Assembly (NCBI GenBank): GCA_003427395.1
Contig: BFEA01000028.1
Span: 3,291,188-3,355,187 of the forward strand
DNA: 64,000 nt
Direction: 5' to 3'
Origin: Chara braunii
Taxonomy: Eukaryota > Plantae > Charophyceae
In this document: one piece after another, positions 46,807 through 59,579 of the stretch
Numbering within the stretch: the stretch's first letter is position 1
How the letters are laid out: each line of letters begins with the position of its first letter
The notes under the pieces: model-generated
What the model saw: only the letters and a program-made list of their open reading frames with translations
Told to the model about the DNA's origin: nothing
Database searches by the model: none
Made by a program: the position numbers and the translations under genes

Positions 46807-48200
46807 AGCGATACAAGTTTGGTTGTCACGTTACCTGTGAAGACCGCTGTGCAGTCCAACGAAGAAGAAGAAGGCGGCCATAGCCGCGGAGCTCCACCAC
46901 GGAGTAATGAAGGAAGGTGAAAGAGAGGACAGAGGGAGAGACAGAGAAGAGTGAGGGAACCATAGCGGAAGAAGGTGCAGGGAGAGACGAACAAAAAAAA
47001 GAAGAAAAGAAAAAAAAGAGAGAAGATAACCGGGGTGGAAGAAGAGAGAGGCGAGGAAGGAGGAGGGAAGGAGAAGGTTGGTGAGGAACAAGAAGCCAGC
47101 CGCCATAGCCGGACAAAGAAGTTGACCGGGCGTTGGGGTGGAAGAAGAGAGAGGCGAGGAAGGAGGAAGGAAGGAGAAGGTTGGTGAGGAAGAAGAAGCC
47201 GGCCACCATAGCCGGACGAAGAAGTAGACCGGGCGTTGGGGNNNNNNNNNNNNNNNNNNNNNNNNNNNNNNNNNNNNNNNNNNNNNNNNNNNNNNNNNNN
47301 NNNNNNNNNNNNNNNNNNNNNNNNNNNNNNNNNNNNNNNNNNNNNNNNNNNNNNNNNNNNNNNNNNNNNNNNNNNNNNNNNNNNNNNNNNNNNNNNNNNN
47401 NNNNNNNNNNNNNNNNNNNNNNNNNNNNNNNNNNNNAGGAAGGAAGGAGAAGGTTGGTGAGGAAGAAGAAGCCGGCCGCCATAGCCGGACGAAGAAGTTG
47501 ACCGGGCGTTGACCGAGTTGACCGAAGTTGACCGGGGGTTGACTGCAGCATTGACCAAGCGTTGACCAAGGAGTTGACCAAGTGTTGACCACGATTTTGA
47601 CCAAGCTGGCCCTGGTATAATCTCGCCAAGCCTTCAGCCTATCCCCTCGCCCTATGGATGTGCACACACCCTGTGGTACTTGCTGAGTCAAGTCTGTCTG
47701 TCTCTTCTTCTGCATTGAGTCTCTTCTGTCCAGGTGATAGGACTCTGTGAATGAAGGATAGGGCCTTGTTGACCAAACCCACATGGGCTGAGTAGGGCTA
47801 AAGGTTGTGTCTGACGACTCGACTGTCTCGGAGGACACAAACCCTCCCAAGGACCAGTACTGACCGGCGGGCTGCTCGGTGTGGCACGGTAGGCCCAAAA
47901 TCCGAGTTGTGGGCTGCACAACAGGCCGTCTAAGTCTTGAGAGGACCTGCTGATCGCGTCGTCATGTCTGCGACGTTAAAGAATTCCTGAGGAGTTACAG
48001 GGGATCTCCTTAAATGCCTCCTGATCAGCAATAGGTCCTGTAGTGACAACCATAGTTTAGGTCCAGGCTAGTGACCCTAGTTGACAGGATCCTGTCCGGA
48101 TTCTGTACTCCTTAGATCGAGTCAGCAGGTCTTGTTAGTCAAAGGGGTCGAGTCTAAGTGGTGAGGAGTGGAACCGTTGCCCGGTTGTGCACCTAACACC

Positions 48201-50194
48201 ATGGTTGACACACGCGGTGGGAAGAGTACTGCCCCTTACACCCAGACTCAAGAGGAGCAATTCGCCGCCATCCTGAGAGAGAGAAGGGAGAAAAAGGAGA
48301 AGGAGTTCCTCAAGCAAGCGAAGCTGAAGGCGATAGCTGAGGAGCAGGCGGCGAAGAAGAAAAAGTTGGAGGAGTAGATGTTAAGATTGCAGCAGGAGGA
48401 GGAAGAGAAAAGGAAGGCTGCCAAAGAAGAAGCAGCAGCACAGGAGGAAGAGGTAGAAGAAGAACCCCTCGAAAGGAGGCGTGGGAGAGAGAGAGGAGAA
48501 ACTAGTGGCACGAAGGCAGAGGATAAGTGGATGGAAAAGAAGATTAGTGAGTGGGTAGCTAATTTACCGTTAGGAGAAGATGAGGAGGCAATGTTGTACG
48601 TGCCTTAGGAGGAGAAAGAAGCATTCATCAGGGAGTTGGAAGCTAAGGAGGACCCCCTGGAACGCCGGACGATGGAAGACGAGAAGAGATTGGAGTGGAA
48701 GCTGCGTCCGGCAAGGGAGAAGAAGAGGAGGGAGGAGGCCAACCGGATGGCCAAAGAAGTGGACAAGATTCAGGCGTGCTGGCAGGAAGTGCAAGCGCAA
48801 GAGGAAACCCCTGCCAAATTAGATAAGATTTTGGGTTATCTTGAGGTATTGAATCAGGCCTGGCTTGAGCAGCATCAGGCCAATAAGGGTCAAGAAGTGA
48901 CCCTTCATGCCATCCGGAGCAGCTTTAGAGAGTTTGCTCGTGACGTGGTGACCCACGTCGGGACCGAGGTTAAGAGGTTGAAGGAAGGCGCAGAGAAGTT
49001 TTGTGTCGGCGCCATTGAAGGCGCCAAGGTAGTGGCCGCAGCAAAAGCCGAAACGCGACCCCGCAAAGAGCCCGTTAAGCTCAAATTTCTTGACTCTTAT
49101 AGCGGGAAAAAGGACGGTAATTTTGATAACTGGGAGGCCAGCATTAACACATATGTCTATTTACAGCATATCGCGCCAGAGGAACATGTCCTCGTGGCCT
49201 TCCATGCACTAAAGGACGAAGCGTCCAGCTTTGCCAGGTCCCTTGCACGCGCAGCCGACTGTGAAAACAATATGATTGCATACTCTAGGCTCACCCCTCT
49301 TTCCACTTTCCTCAAACTCCTGCGAGAGAGGTTCGCTGACGTCACAAGGGGCATCAGGGCCTTCGATAAGCTTCAAACCATCCACTCACGACAGTGGAGG
49401 AGTGCGAGAGCACTCAAAGCTGTCATGGACGACTTGGTAGCCGTCAAACCACGGGGTCACTGAGACCCAGTTGGTCCAATTGTTTTATCGTGCCATGCCA
49501 GAGCCCCTGCAAGGGCATTTCTTCGATAAGACCCAACAGGCCAATATGACATACGATGCATTAAGTAGAGAAGTGGTCCTGTTTGAGGCAAAGTCCATGC
49601 CAGTTTCCACTTTTTGGCACAGGAACTTAGATAAGGGAAAGAAGTGGAAAGGTCGTACCATCTCAGGTCAGGTCAGGGCCAAGGATCATTTGATCCTTAC
49701 GTTAGATGAAGAAGGTACAGGTGAAGTCCCCTACAGTCAGATCGAGTGGGGGCTAGAGGAGGAGGACAGCGGTATAGGCCAGGGGAGGACCTATGTTGTT
49801 GTCGCGGCTGGAGGGAGGCCTCAAGGTAGAGGAGGCCAGGGCCAAGGGGGTCGGGCCATGGGTGGTCGAGGTCCGGGTGCACAGGGGGTTGGCGGTCAAA
49901 GGAACTGTCAAGTGGGAGGTAGGGGTCAAGGTCCCCCGCCGAATCGCTCAGGACCCAGTCGGTCACCGCAGCGCAGAGGTGGAAGGTCACCTCAAAAGGC
50001 AAGGAGGTTGGCATCCAAGTTGGCCACAGGGCCGGCCTTGGGAAGACTTGGGCTTGGACCATTGTGTGTGGCAACAGCGTATGGAGCAGGGGCAGTGCAT
50101 CTACTGTGGTGACCCTGCCCATATTATCAAATATTGTCCAAAGTATAGGGAAGCCCGATTCACTGCCCCTGGGTCGAAAGGCAGCCGCCAGTAG
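48201..50194 (+). pseudogene. gag (disrupted)
   Basis: Coiled-coil N-terminus, capsid-like KFLDSYSGKKDGNFDNW, Gly-rich segment and CCHC knuckle; internal stops and frameshifts. Confidence 0.88.
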
Positions 50195-50232
50195 GGGTCG
50201 CAACTGCCCCTACCACTGGGCCATGTGGGGAA

Positions 50233-53217
50233 GTGTGCGCGCACCACCAGGAAACTCCCACACCACATGAGCCTATGGCAGAGGTTGCAGGTCAGTGCCT
50301 AGCTCGCTATCCAGAGATTGCCTGTGTTAGCGTCTCTCTAGGCACTTCCCTCACAGGAGTGGCAGAAGAGTTGAAAGAGAGGATGCCTGCCTGGGCCAAA
50401 ATGAAGAAGGATAACAAGGGACAACTAGTCTTAGTTGATGTAGAGGTTTTTAGAAGCAGAGGAGGGGCCCTTATAGATTCAGGGGCCACTCACAGTTATA
50501 TTAGTCGTAGAGCGCTGAAGAAGCTGAGGCTAGGGTTGAAAGTCCAAAAGTTGGAAGACCCCATAGTTAGTGTCCTCGCACACAACCACACTATGCGTGT
50601 TGAGGACCACGTAGAGGGAGTCTAGGTGTATTTCCGCCTAGAGAAAGATGGGAAGGTGGAGAAGGTTCTCCATTCCCTGACTCTCCTCGTGCAGGATGGC
50701 CTTCCTTTGATATGGTCCTACGCATGGACTGGGGAGAGGCAGCAGGGGCCACACTCCACTTGAGAGAGCATGAGTGTAGGCTCCCTAATCCGTCAGGCGA
50801 GGTTAAGACGGCTCGTCTGTTTCGCGTGTCAGGAGTAGACAACTCTCTGGCACATTGTTGTCTCAGTGCTCCCGCGTTCGCGCGATTAGTTAAAAAGGAG
50901 CAGTTAGAGGAGCAGGTCTTCGTAGCCTATGTGAGGCCTGTCACTGAGCCTAAGGAGGACGCACCCATAGACCCAGCTATTGCCAAGCTGCTGGAAGAGT
51001 TCAAAGATCTTCCGAAGCCGCCGACAGGGGTAGTGCCGCAACTGATCCAGCATCGTATAGAGATAGAGCCTGGCAGTAGGACTCCTAAGGGAGCAGTCTA
51101 CAGGATGTCCCCAAGGGAGTTAGAGGAGTTGCGTAAGCAATTAGATGAACTCCTCGAAAAGGGTTGGATTAGGTCCAGTTCATCTCCTTTTGGAGCACTA
51201 GTTTTGACTGTCCCCAAAAAGGAAGGAGAATTACGGATGTGCGTAGACTATAGGGGTCTAAATGCGATCACAGTAAAGAACACTGAACCGCTGCCCAGGA
51301 TAGACGATCTTTTAGATCAGGTGCAAGGTTGCAGATATTTTTCGAAGATCGATTTGAAATCCGGATATCATCAGCTAGAGGTTCATCCTGATGATCAGTA
51401 CAAGACTGCGTTCCGGACTAGATATGGGCATTATGAGTTCATAGTGATGCCCTTTGGACTAACCAATGCGCCTGCCATGTTCCAGCACTGTATGAACGAT
51501 TTGTTTAGGCCATGGTTAGACAGGTTTGTTGTAGTTTATCTAGATTATATATTAGTATTCAACAGGACCCTCCAAGAGCATCAGGGTCATTTGAGGCAGG
51601 TCTTGGAGAAGCTGAGAGAAGCTAACTTCAAGATCAATGCGAAGAAGTGCGAGTGGGCCAAGACACGAGTCTTGTACTTGGGCCACGTTCTATACGAAGA
51701 TGGCATTAAGCCTGAGGACAGTAAGATAGCGGCGATTAGAGATTGGCCGACACCCGCACGTTGACTGAGTTGCGATCGTTCTTAGGCCTCGCTAACTACT
51801 ATAGGAAGTTCGTGAGGAACTATCGCCGCTCCCCTTCGCAGGTTGCTCAAGAAAGAGGCAATCTGGCAGTGGGATAAAGACTGTACGTCAGCGCTAAAGA
51901 AGTTAAAGCGCGCGTTAATAGAGTATCCTGTCCTCAAAGTGGCAGATCTGTCCTTGCCATTTGTCATCACCACGGACGCGAGTCAGTATGGGATAGGCGC
52001 CGTGTTACAGCAAGACGACGACAATGGCTACAGACCCGTAGAGTTCATGCCGGCGAAGATGCCCTCAGAAAAGGTAGCTACCTCGACATACGAGAGAGAA
52101 CTCTATGCTCTCAGGCAGGCCTTAGAGCACTGGAAGCATTACCTGCTTGGGAGGCACTTCAAAGTGTATTCAGACCTCGAGACTCTTAGGTGGCTGAAGA
52201 CACAGGCCAAAATGACACCTAAGTTGACTAGGTGGGCCGCTGAGATAGACCACTACGACTTTGAGCTCAAGCCTGTCAAAGGCAAGTACAATGTAGTTGT
52301 GGACGCTCTAAGTAGGAGATCAGACTACTTTGGAGCCATAGTTCACTATCTGGATATAGGGAGTGACCTGCAGGAGAAAGTTAATCAGGCGTATGCGCAG
52401 GACCCTATTTATAGCAACCTCCTCAAGAGAGTTAAGGAGGCCCCAGAGACCGAGCCAGATTACCGCACTACAGAAGAGTTGTTATTTGAGAAGACTAATG
52501 TGGTAGACTGTCTGTGTGTTCCTAACAGCGAGGAGATCCGTAGTTTGATCCTAGGGGAATGCCACGACACAAAGGGACATTTCGGTTGGGAAAAGACCTT
52601 AGCCAATTTGATGCACGCGTATACTTGGTCAGGAATGAAAGCTGACTGCATAGAGTATGTCCGCAGTTGCAAAGTATGCCAGAGAAACAAGACTACTACG
52701 CGTGCCCCTCTAGGTCTTCTCAGACCCTTGCCTATTCCTGACCAGCCAGGATACTCTGTATACATTGACTTTATGAATACTCAAGTCAAGAGTAGGCACG
52801 GCAAGAGCCAAGTCATGGTCATAGTTGATAGATTCAGTAAGTATGTTGTTTTTGTTCCTTTGCCTGCAGAGGCAAGCACCAAGTTAGTAATTCAGAAGTT
52901 TTTTTATTTTTGGGTTAGCGAGTATGGAGTCCCATTGTCCATCGTTAGCGATAGAGATACCCGATTCACTAGCCAGAACTGGCAGGAGCTAATGAAAGTC
53001 TACGGATCAAAGTTGTTGATGTCAGACTGAACAGATGAACAAGATCCTGCAGCAAGTTCTGCGCATGTACATTAGACCAGATCAAGTCAATTGGGACGAG
53101 ATGTTGCCCAAGGTAGCCAGTGCGTATAACAACAGCGTGCACTTGTCCACTTGTCGCACTCCCAACGAGTTACACAAGTCCTTTAGACCGCGTAGACCGT
53201 TTGAGGGACTTAACCGG
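50233..53217 (+). pseudogene. pol PR-RT-RH-IN (disrupted)
   Basis: ORFs 50233-50625, 50712-51764, 51843-53030 and 53035 onward. Confidence 0.93.
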
Positions 53218-55006
53218 TGTCGAGCGCATCGGCCCTCGCACGAGCACGAGGGCCCTCTCGGCCATGTCACGCAGGAGATAAACAAAACAAAACCTAGAGA
53301 CAACTCGGGAACGACGCCTAACTAATCCCGCAAGCCGCCGAGACAGCCGTGGTCGCGTCGTCCCGTCACCGCTCTAGCCGGGTGCGCCAGCTATACATCC
53401 CGCAGTCCCCTACGACAGGATAGGTTTTCGCGGGGCATAAGCTTGCATCCCTAAGGGGTTGTCACCACCCTTAGAGGCGTATCCCTACCGAGCTACTGAC
53501 CCACGTGCGAAAGCTTTTAGATGCAATTGCAGAGGTAGGTCAGCCGAGGGCGTTTGCTCGTTCGTCGTAGTATAGATACGTTTGGTTAACGCCAAGTGGA
53601 CCCAATCGTCGTCCGTTCCTAGGGCGCTGATCTCCTAGGTACGAAGCGGACGTTGGTCGACTATGACGGTCTCAACCAAGCGTGAAACCAAAATTAATCC
53701 TAGTCCCTTTAGACATATAACCAAAGAGAATTATAACATTCACAGACAATTACATCAAAAGAAAATCGATCGTCGTCGACAGAAATATCCAATATGATAT
53801 GATAACTAAAGTATCCGAATCACCACACAATACATCCAATAACACAAGATCGAAATAAAATCCGACCATCTCAGGTCGAACACCACAAAGCAATCATACA
53901 ACCGCCAACAAGGAGTTGGTCACCGACAATAACATAGATGCGGCCGACAAGGTAATCGGTTGCCTTAGTTTTGACTTGATGAGACGCGTTGCCAAAGTCT
54001 TTCATTCCAGTCTACTGCCGACCTGGAACTCGACGCACATACATGCCTTCGTCCGTTTTCAATCTTTTCGGATGACAAGCTACTTTGCGATTGATTCTTG
54101 ATCAGGGGCATTGCTTGACGTGTTGCATGCCTCTTCCTCTAGGAAGTGGTCTGGGGTACTTCTCCTCCTCGTCCGAGCACAAGACTCTGATCTCATAAGT
54201 CGGGCCGTCTCCACCTAATCGGCAAGTACCCCCCCGTAGAATGGTCCACTCTGGGTCGATAAGAGGGTCGGTTCCTAAAGCAACGAACCCCCGCCCCAAA
54301 TGCTTCCTAGAGATAGTGGATGCGTCCACCGCAAGTAGCTTTCATATATATATCGTCAAATATATAATTTTTTTTTCCTAAGTCCCGGGGGTAACTTAGA
54401 CGAAAAGAAATCAGAAGAGAAAAAAAAAAAGAATCATTTAGACAGGTACAGGTAGATAAGGTCGTTCGGGATAGAATGGGTCAATCCTTGGGAAGAGCTA
54501 AATCCGTTTGACCTTATCTGCTTTATTTCAATAGAATCCATTCTTCGACACACATTGCATAACATTTTTCCAAAACAACAAGTTTCTTTTGACAAGCAGG
54601 CAGGTGAAAGGTAGAAAGAAGACAATCCATTCCTTCATCTCAAATAGGCATAATCAATCTCCTTTGTAAGCATCCCTCTACCTACCTGCACAGACGGCAA
54701 AGGAAACACGTTCGAAAGAAAACAATACAATCCCGTACTCGAGTCAGACTTTTTCATTCACATGCATGACTTACACAACTTTCCTCCACCTTTTCTTTTG
54801 AATATTCAAAACGAACAGGGTCAAGCAAAGTGCGGGTCCACACAGGCATGAAAGGAAGTCAAAGTCATTCAACTGACCTTGCGCGAAGTTGAACGGTACA
54901 CTCAAGAAGACCGTATAACATTACGCTCCCTTTGACGCGCTGATAGTCCTCCCCAGTCGTCAGCAAAGTGATCCAAACCACTCTCTTGCTACGATTACCT
55001 GCCACA
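53218..55006 (-). mobile_element. Probable 3' LTR (~1.8 kb) of a nested minus-strand LTR element
   Basis: Integrase homology stops at TGTCG (53218). The other end, GCCACA, is directly followed by ACACCCCCTT (minus-strand PPT AAGGGGGTGT), the same layout as 30843/30844. Confidence 0.6.
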
Positions 55007-58000
55007 ACACCCCCTTACGTATTTTTCAGTAAGTATCGTCGCCACTAGCTTCCACTGTCACCGCGTCACTACGCCGTCAAGTCCACGCCGCCTCAAGATA
55101 CCCCACTCTAGTGGCACCTTCCGTGCGCCAAGGCCCAGCTGCTACTCAATGTAAAATTATTGCCGTCACCGTCATAAACCCTGTGCCGACGTTGCAAAAA
55201 TTTTCAACAGCGCTTCCGCACTGCCGCTGTAAAGCCTGGTGCCGTCGCCGTAAAATTTTTGCAGCGCTTCCGCACCACCGCCGTTAAGCTTGCGTTGTCG
55301 GTGTGGATACCCTTATAAGGGTATCCGCCTTGGTTTTTGCAAGCGACAGAGAACAAGTTTAAAAGCTTAAGTATATTGCGCGAGGCGTAATTGTGCTTGT
55401 GGTTTACGTTGACTGAATGGTTGACTAGGATAAAAAGTGTGTGGGCGCGCAGATTTGAGGCGCGCATGATCTTTTTTAATTTGTTGATGATTGTGAAGGT
55501 CGGCGTTGGTCGCCGACTGGATTTTTATCCTATTTAAACAGGGATTAAAAAGATTACGTCCCGCCTATGACTTGTGTGTACGTGTGGAGGACGGCGTCGA
55601 CAACAGTATGGCTTCTGAAATCGTTTCGGTAGGTCGGCGCGTCGTGCAGTGCCCGTCTATTTAGGCGTCCATCAAAGCTAAGCCCAGATCTTGGGCCTAG
55701 CACTATTGGTTATAGCATCGAACTTTCATCAAATAGATTCGAGGATCGAGATCGAGCGGCGACGGCGCGGGAGTATCAGATTAGCGTGAGTGGACCGAGG
55801 AGTCGAGGGTCTGGCGGGGCTATCCCCCTTGGTTTTGTCAATAGCGGTGGTGTCGTCTTCTAGAAATAATTCATTCTAGCGTTATATTTTTTTATTATCC
55901 TTTATGCCCCGTCGTGCCGTTGACTTGGACGAGACGTTGGACTTAACGACCGTCACGGCAGTAAAGGACCTTGAATGCGCGCCTCGTCCGACGGGTCAGC
56001 GGGATGAGGATGTTGGCGAAGGCCTCCCTACCACGCCATTGCTGAGAGACACGGCGTGGTCAAGGCTGGAGCCGGCAGTTGCACTTGAGGCAAAGGGGCC
56101 GACAATGCTGATTGCATATGGCCTAGGTCTCTGGTCCAGTGAGGTCGCGTGGGGGTGTGTGGTATTCGCAGGGTGGTCCGGAACGCGGCGCGAACTGTTT
56201 TTCAGGGGTGCGCCGAAGTTACCCCACTGTGGTATTTTCGGTGATTCCCGTAGCAGCTACACCCGGGCTCAAGACGCCAACAAGGGAACGTGCGGGAGCC
56301 GCACCCACTGGCAAGTGCGATACCTGGTACGACAAGCAAGCGGTACCGGCCAGGTGTCAGCCGGTAGGCATCAGTGTCAGGCTCTTTCGGGTGGGCCAGT
56401 CACTATGCCTCCCCTTCGGTCCCTTTCCCCTACGAGCCCCGGTGGTCTTGGCTTAGTGCCGCCCGAGGGGAGAGACCAACGACATACCGCTGAGTAACGG
56501 GCGGTGGGTCCGGCCGGGCGGCATTAGGCAGCAGGGGGCTGAGGTAGCAGCAGCGGGGCGCAGCGCTAAGGCGAAACGAGGCAGAGCTAGCGAACAGGCG
56601 CTGTCGGGCTATAGGAGGGAGCCGGCTGAAAGCAAGGCGGAGAGGCACCGGGCAGCAATAGAAGGGACTCAGAAATGAAAGGGGGAATGAATCGGGGCGC
56701 ATTTCCACGCCTGATTCATTCGGAGAGGGGGACTACGAAGGAAGGCGGGTTGTGGCAGACTGAACTAGGAGGTGCGAGTAGCCAGGGGAGCTGGGCAGTT
56801 AGTAAGGAAAGGGAATAAAGGGAACGAACCCGGATAGGGGATAGCACCGGGTGCATCCAAATAAGAGGTGGGATGGCGGAGAAGGAAAGAAGTTAGTATG
56901 TACACATATGGAGGGCGATTTCGGCGGGGGAAGATGCTAGACGGGAGTTTATGGCCAGGGCGAACCCAATGAAGGAGGCGGATCGGCAAATGGCGGAGTG
57001 TAGTGGGAGGTAGGAAGAGAATGGGCGGCACGGAGCTATGGCGGAGCGAATAGGAGTAGGAGGGAGTATAAAACGTAGAACCCGCCCAATTCTCGATGAA
57101 ATCAGGCAGGGAAAGAGTCGAATCTCGCGTTTTGGAGGGCTGCGAGGTGAATGACGAAGTTAGTTTCGGCCAAAAGTTAGTAGATATGGAGGGGTAAAGA
57201 AAGAAGGTGCGCGGAGATGGCGGAGATGAAGAAGGAAGAAAACGGGAAAAGCACATATCTCGCTCGTTTCTTAATAAAATCGAGAGAGGGAGGAATCAGA
57301 ATGGGGTTTTTTGGCTATGGCGACCCCATTTCTAAGCTCAGAATTAGGGGAGAGTTAATACAAAAAGAGTTAGTTGGGTAAGAGTAGTGTGTCTAGCTAT
57401 GGAAGAGGAAACGGGAAGTGAGTTTCGATGGCTTCTAGACCAATCGAAGTGAGAGGAGGCTCTGCACTAAGGAGTAGGGGTAGGGCAACCGTGTTGGAGG
57501 ATGCGGAATCAGGATTGGGATAGTCGGTTGGTAGCGGTGAGTGGTTGGGACTGCGCCTGGGAAGGGGATAGTTGGTTGAATATGGAATGAACCTACCCGC
57601 ATGTTAGGGGCAAATTCATTCGAGTGTTTTTTACTCCTCTTATCGGTGAGAATGATGCCTCTCTTTGACACACGCGACAACTCTCTGAGCCATCATAGTG
57701 ATCAGGCTGGCTGTCATCAGTGCTCTTACCTCCCATTAACAAGCCGATGTACCTGGCTGATTCGCTCTCTATAGACAGCTTGGCACAACTATCGGGCGCG
57801 AGCAACAGCAGGAAAGAGAGAGAGAGGGAGCGGAAGTATTAAGCACTTACCCGGCTGAGCCGACGATGCGGAAGGAACCAGGAGTCGAGTTGCGGCGCCG
57901 AACTGCGCTCCCCTCCATCTAGGCCCATTGTGTCAAACGTGCTGCAAGGATGAATCCGGTAGTAATATGGGCGGTGCGTTCGTGAAACACGGGCAGCAGC

Positions 58001-58156
58001 GGGCATTAAGAGGGAAGAGAGAGGAGTTGATTTGAACTTACCTATCTGGCAGTACCGATCGTGCTCACCTTCGCGTCTGAGTCCTTGGAGCCGGGCCGGG
58101 AGCTTGGCCAGGCACGCGGATGAAGGAGGGGGGATAGGTTGCTCCCCTTACACCTC

Positions 58157-58253
58157 TACCTGGTTGAACCTGCCAATAGTCATATGCTTATCCAACGACT
58201 AAGTCATGCACGCCTGAGAGTGAGCACTTGACGCTGTAAGCTGTGAATGACTC
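58157..58253 (+). pseudogene. Degenerate 5' end of 18S rRNA
   Basis: TACCTGGTTGAACCTGCCAATAGTCATATGCTTATCCAACGACTAAGTCATGCA...CTGTGAATGACTC versus the conserved TACCTGGTTGATCCTGCCAGTAGTCATATGCTTGTCTCAAAGATTAAGCCATGCA...CTGCGAATGGCTC. Confidence 0.85.
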
Positions 58254-59435
58254 CAGATTCGGTATGGGCAGGACTCCGAGAAGGAAGGTTGGAGGCAAAT
58301 GAAGGGGATGTATAGCGGTACTCACCTCGAACGATTGACAGTGCGTGGTGAGCTGAATGATGAATTGTGACACTGAGCTGCACACCAGCAGGAAAAGTGG
58401 AGTTGTCTGGGGTTGTATGGCCTAGTAGGCTGCAGCTGTTTGGAAGAAGGTTAGTGGGTGGCGAACTGAATCGCGAGCTGCCCGTATTCCGGAGTTTGCG
58501 GCACGGCCAGACTTTGCCTATACGGACCGTTGCTGCTAAGGCTGCTACTGCTATGTTCCATTGCTAATCTCAGCACTTTGGTTGTTCATAGTTGAGCAAC
58601 CGCAGATAGGCTTCCATTAGATACCGCAGTGCATTGAGGATTGTAGCTGTGAATGGCCCCATGATCTGCATACACCTTGTTGCGTAGGACTGCGGGGTAT
58701 AGACTGCTATAGGGGATGGTAACCCCCACGTCGTGCCAAGACGGTTCTGCGAAGATAGGAGACTACTACTGCTCCTTGCACTTGGGGATCCTACTATTGA
58801 GCCGCAATGATACAGTGGGTTCGGGAAAAGCTGTAAGCCGGCCTATGGATTGGAGTGGTGGTCAGTCCCATGAGTGAGTAAATGAAGCGCCAGCTGCAGA
58901 CCAGTACACTGGCCTATTGGTGGTGCGCAGCCCGTCTGATTGAGCAGAGCGACCGGGGGGGGCGAGGTGCGAAGGTTGCAGACTTACCTCTCAAGTCGGC
59001 AACATCGCCTGTTGCTGGATAAAGTAACAGCAGATCGACAGTGAGAGAAGGCTGCCAGCAGGCAATACACATGCGGCTATAGTCGTTGAGCGCTGGTTGT
59101 TGGATCGCCTGGCGGGGCGCGGACTGTGGTAGGCGTCTGGGCATCGTCATCGGGGAGTTGACACGCCGCTATTTACTGAGCATGGTTGGTGCTCCTAAGC
59201 ATTGCCGCTGCGCCGTCCGATGTTGCCCTGCAGCTGCGCGAAGTCGCAGGGTGCCTCAGTTGTGCTTTACGACAACAGTTGTTGTACTTGTTACGGGCTG
59301 CTGTGGTTGTTGAGCAACACTGGGCTGCTGAACGCGTTGTGTTCTACTACAGGAGCGGCTGCTGTGCGCATAGTCTCGCTACACCATTTTACTGTGGACA
59401 TTGGGGTCTCTTTGAGTACTTAGCGTGGCGGGCCG

Positions 59436-59526
59436 ACTGCTGCACACTGCTGCATGCTGCTGCATACTGCTGCATACTGCTGCACACTGCACCACACTGC
59501 TGCATACTGCGGGCCTACTGCTGCAT
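59436..59526. repeat. 10-bp minisatellite (ACTGCTGCAY)
   Basis: About 9 tandem copies. Confidence 0.9.
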
Positions 59527-59579
59527 AATGTTGAGGTGCCGGAACTCAGAGGGATGGATAGACTGTGAAGGGGGGTCAT

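Larger units (their letters stand above)
45420..53217 (+). mobile_element. Ty3/gypsy element, family 2 (5' LTR, PBS, long leader, gag, pol), interrupted in integrase
   Basis: LTR at 45420-46323 and PBS TGGTATCAGAGC. gag reads MVDTRGGKST...CIYCGDPAHIIKYC; PR LIDSGAT; RT YLDY (mutated); RH; IN. Confidence 0.94.

Noticed and set aside
55904-56497. 197-aa ORF
   Set aside because: GC-rich with no recognisable motif; consistent with a chance ORF.
57300-57335. TGGCGACC as a primer-binding site
   Set aside because: Not preceded by an LTR-terminal CA; it is part of a local hairpin.
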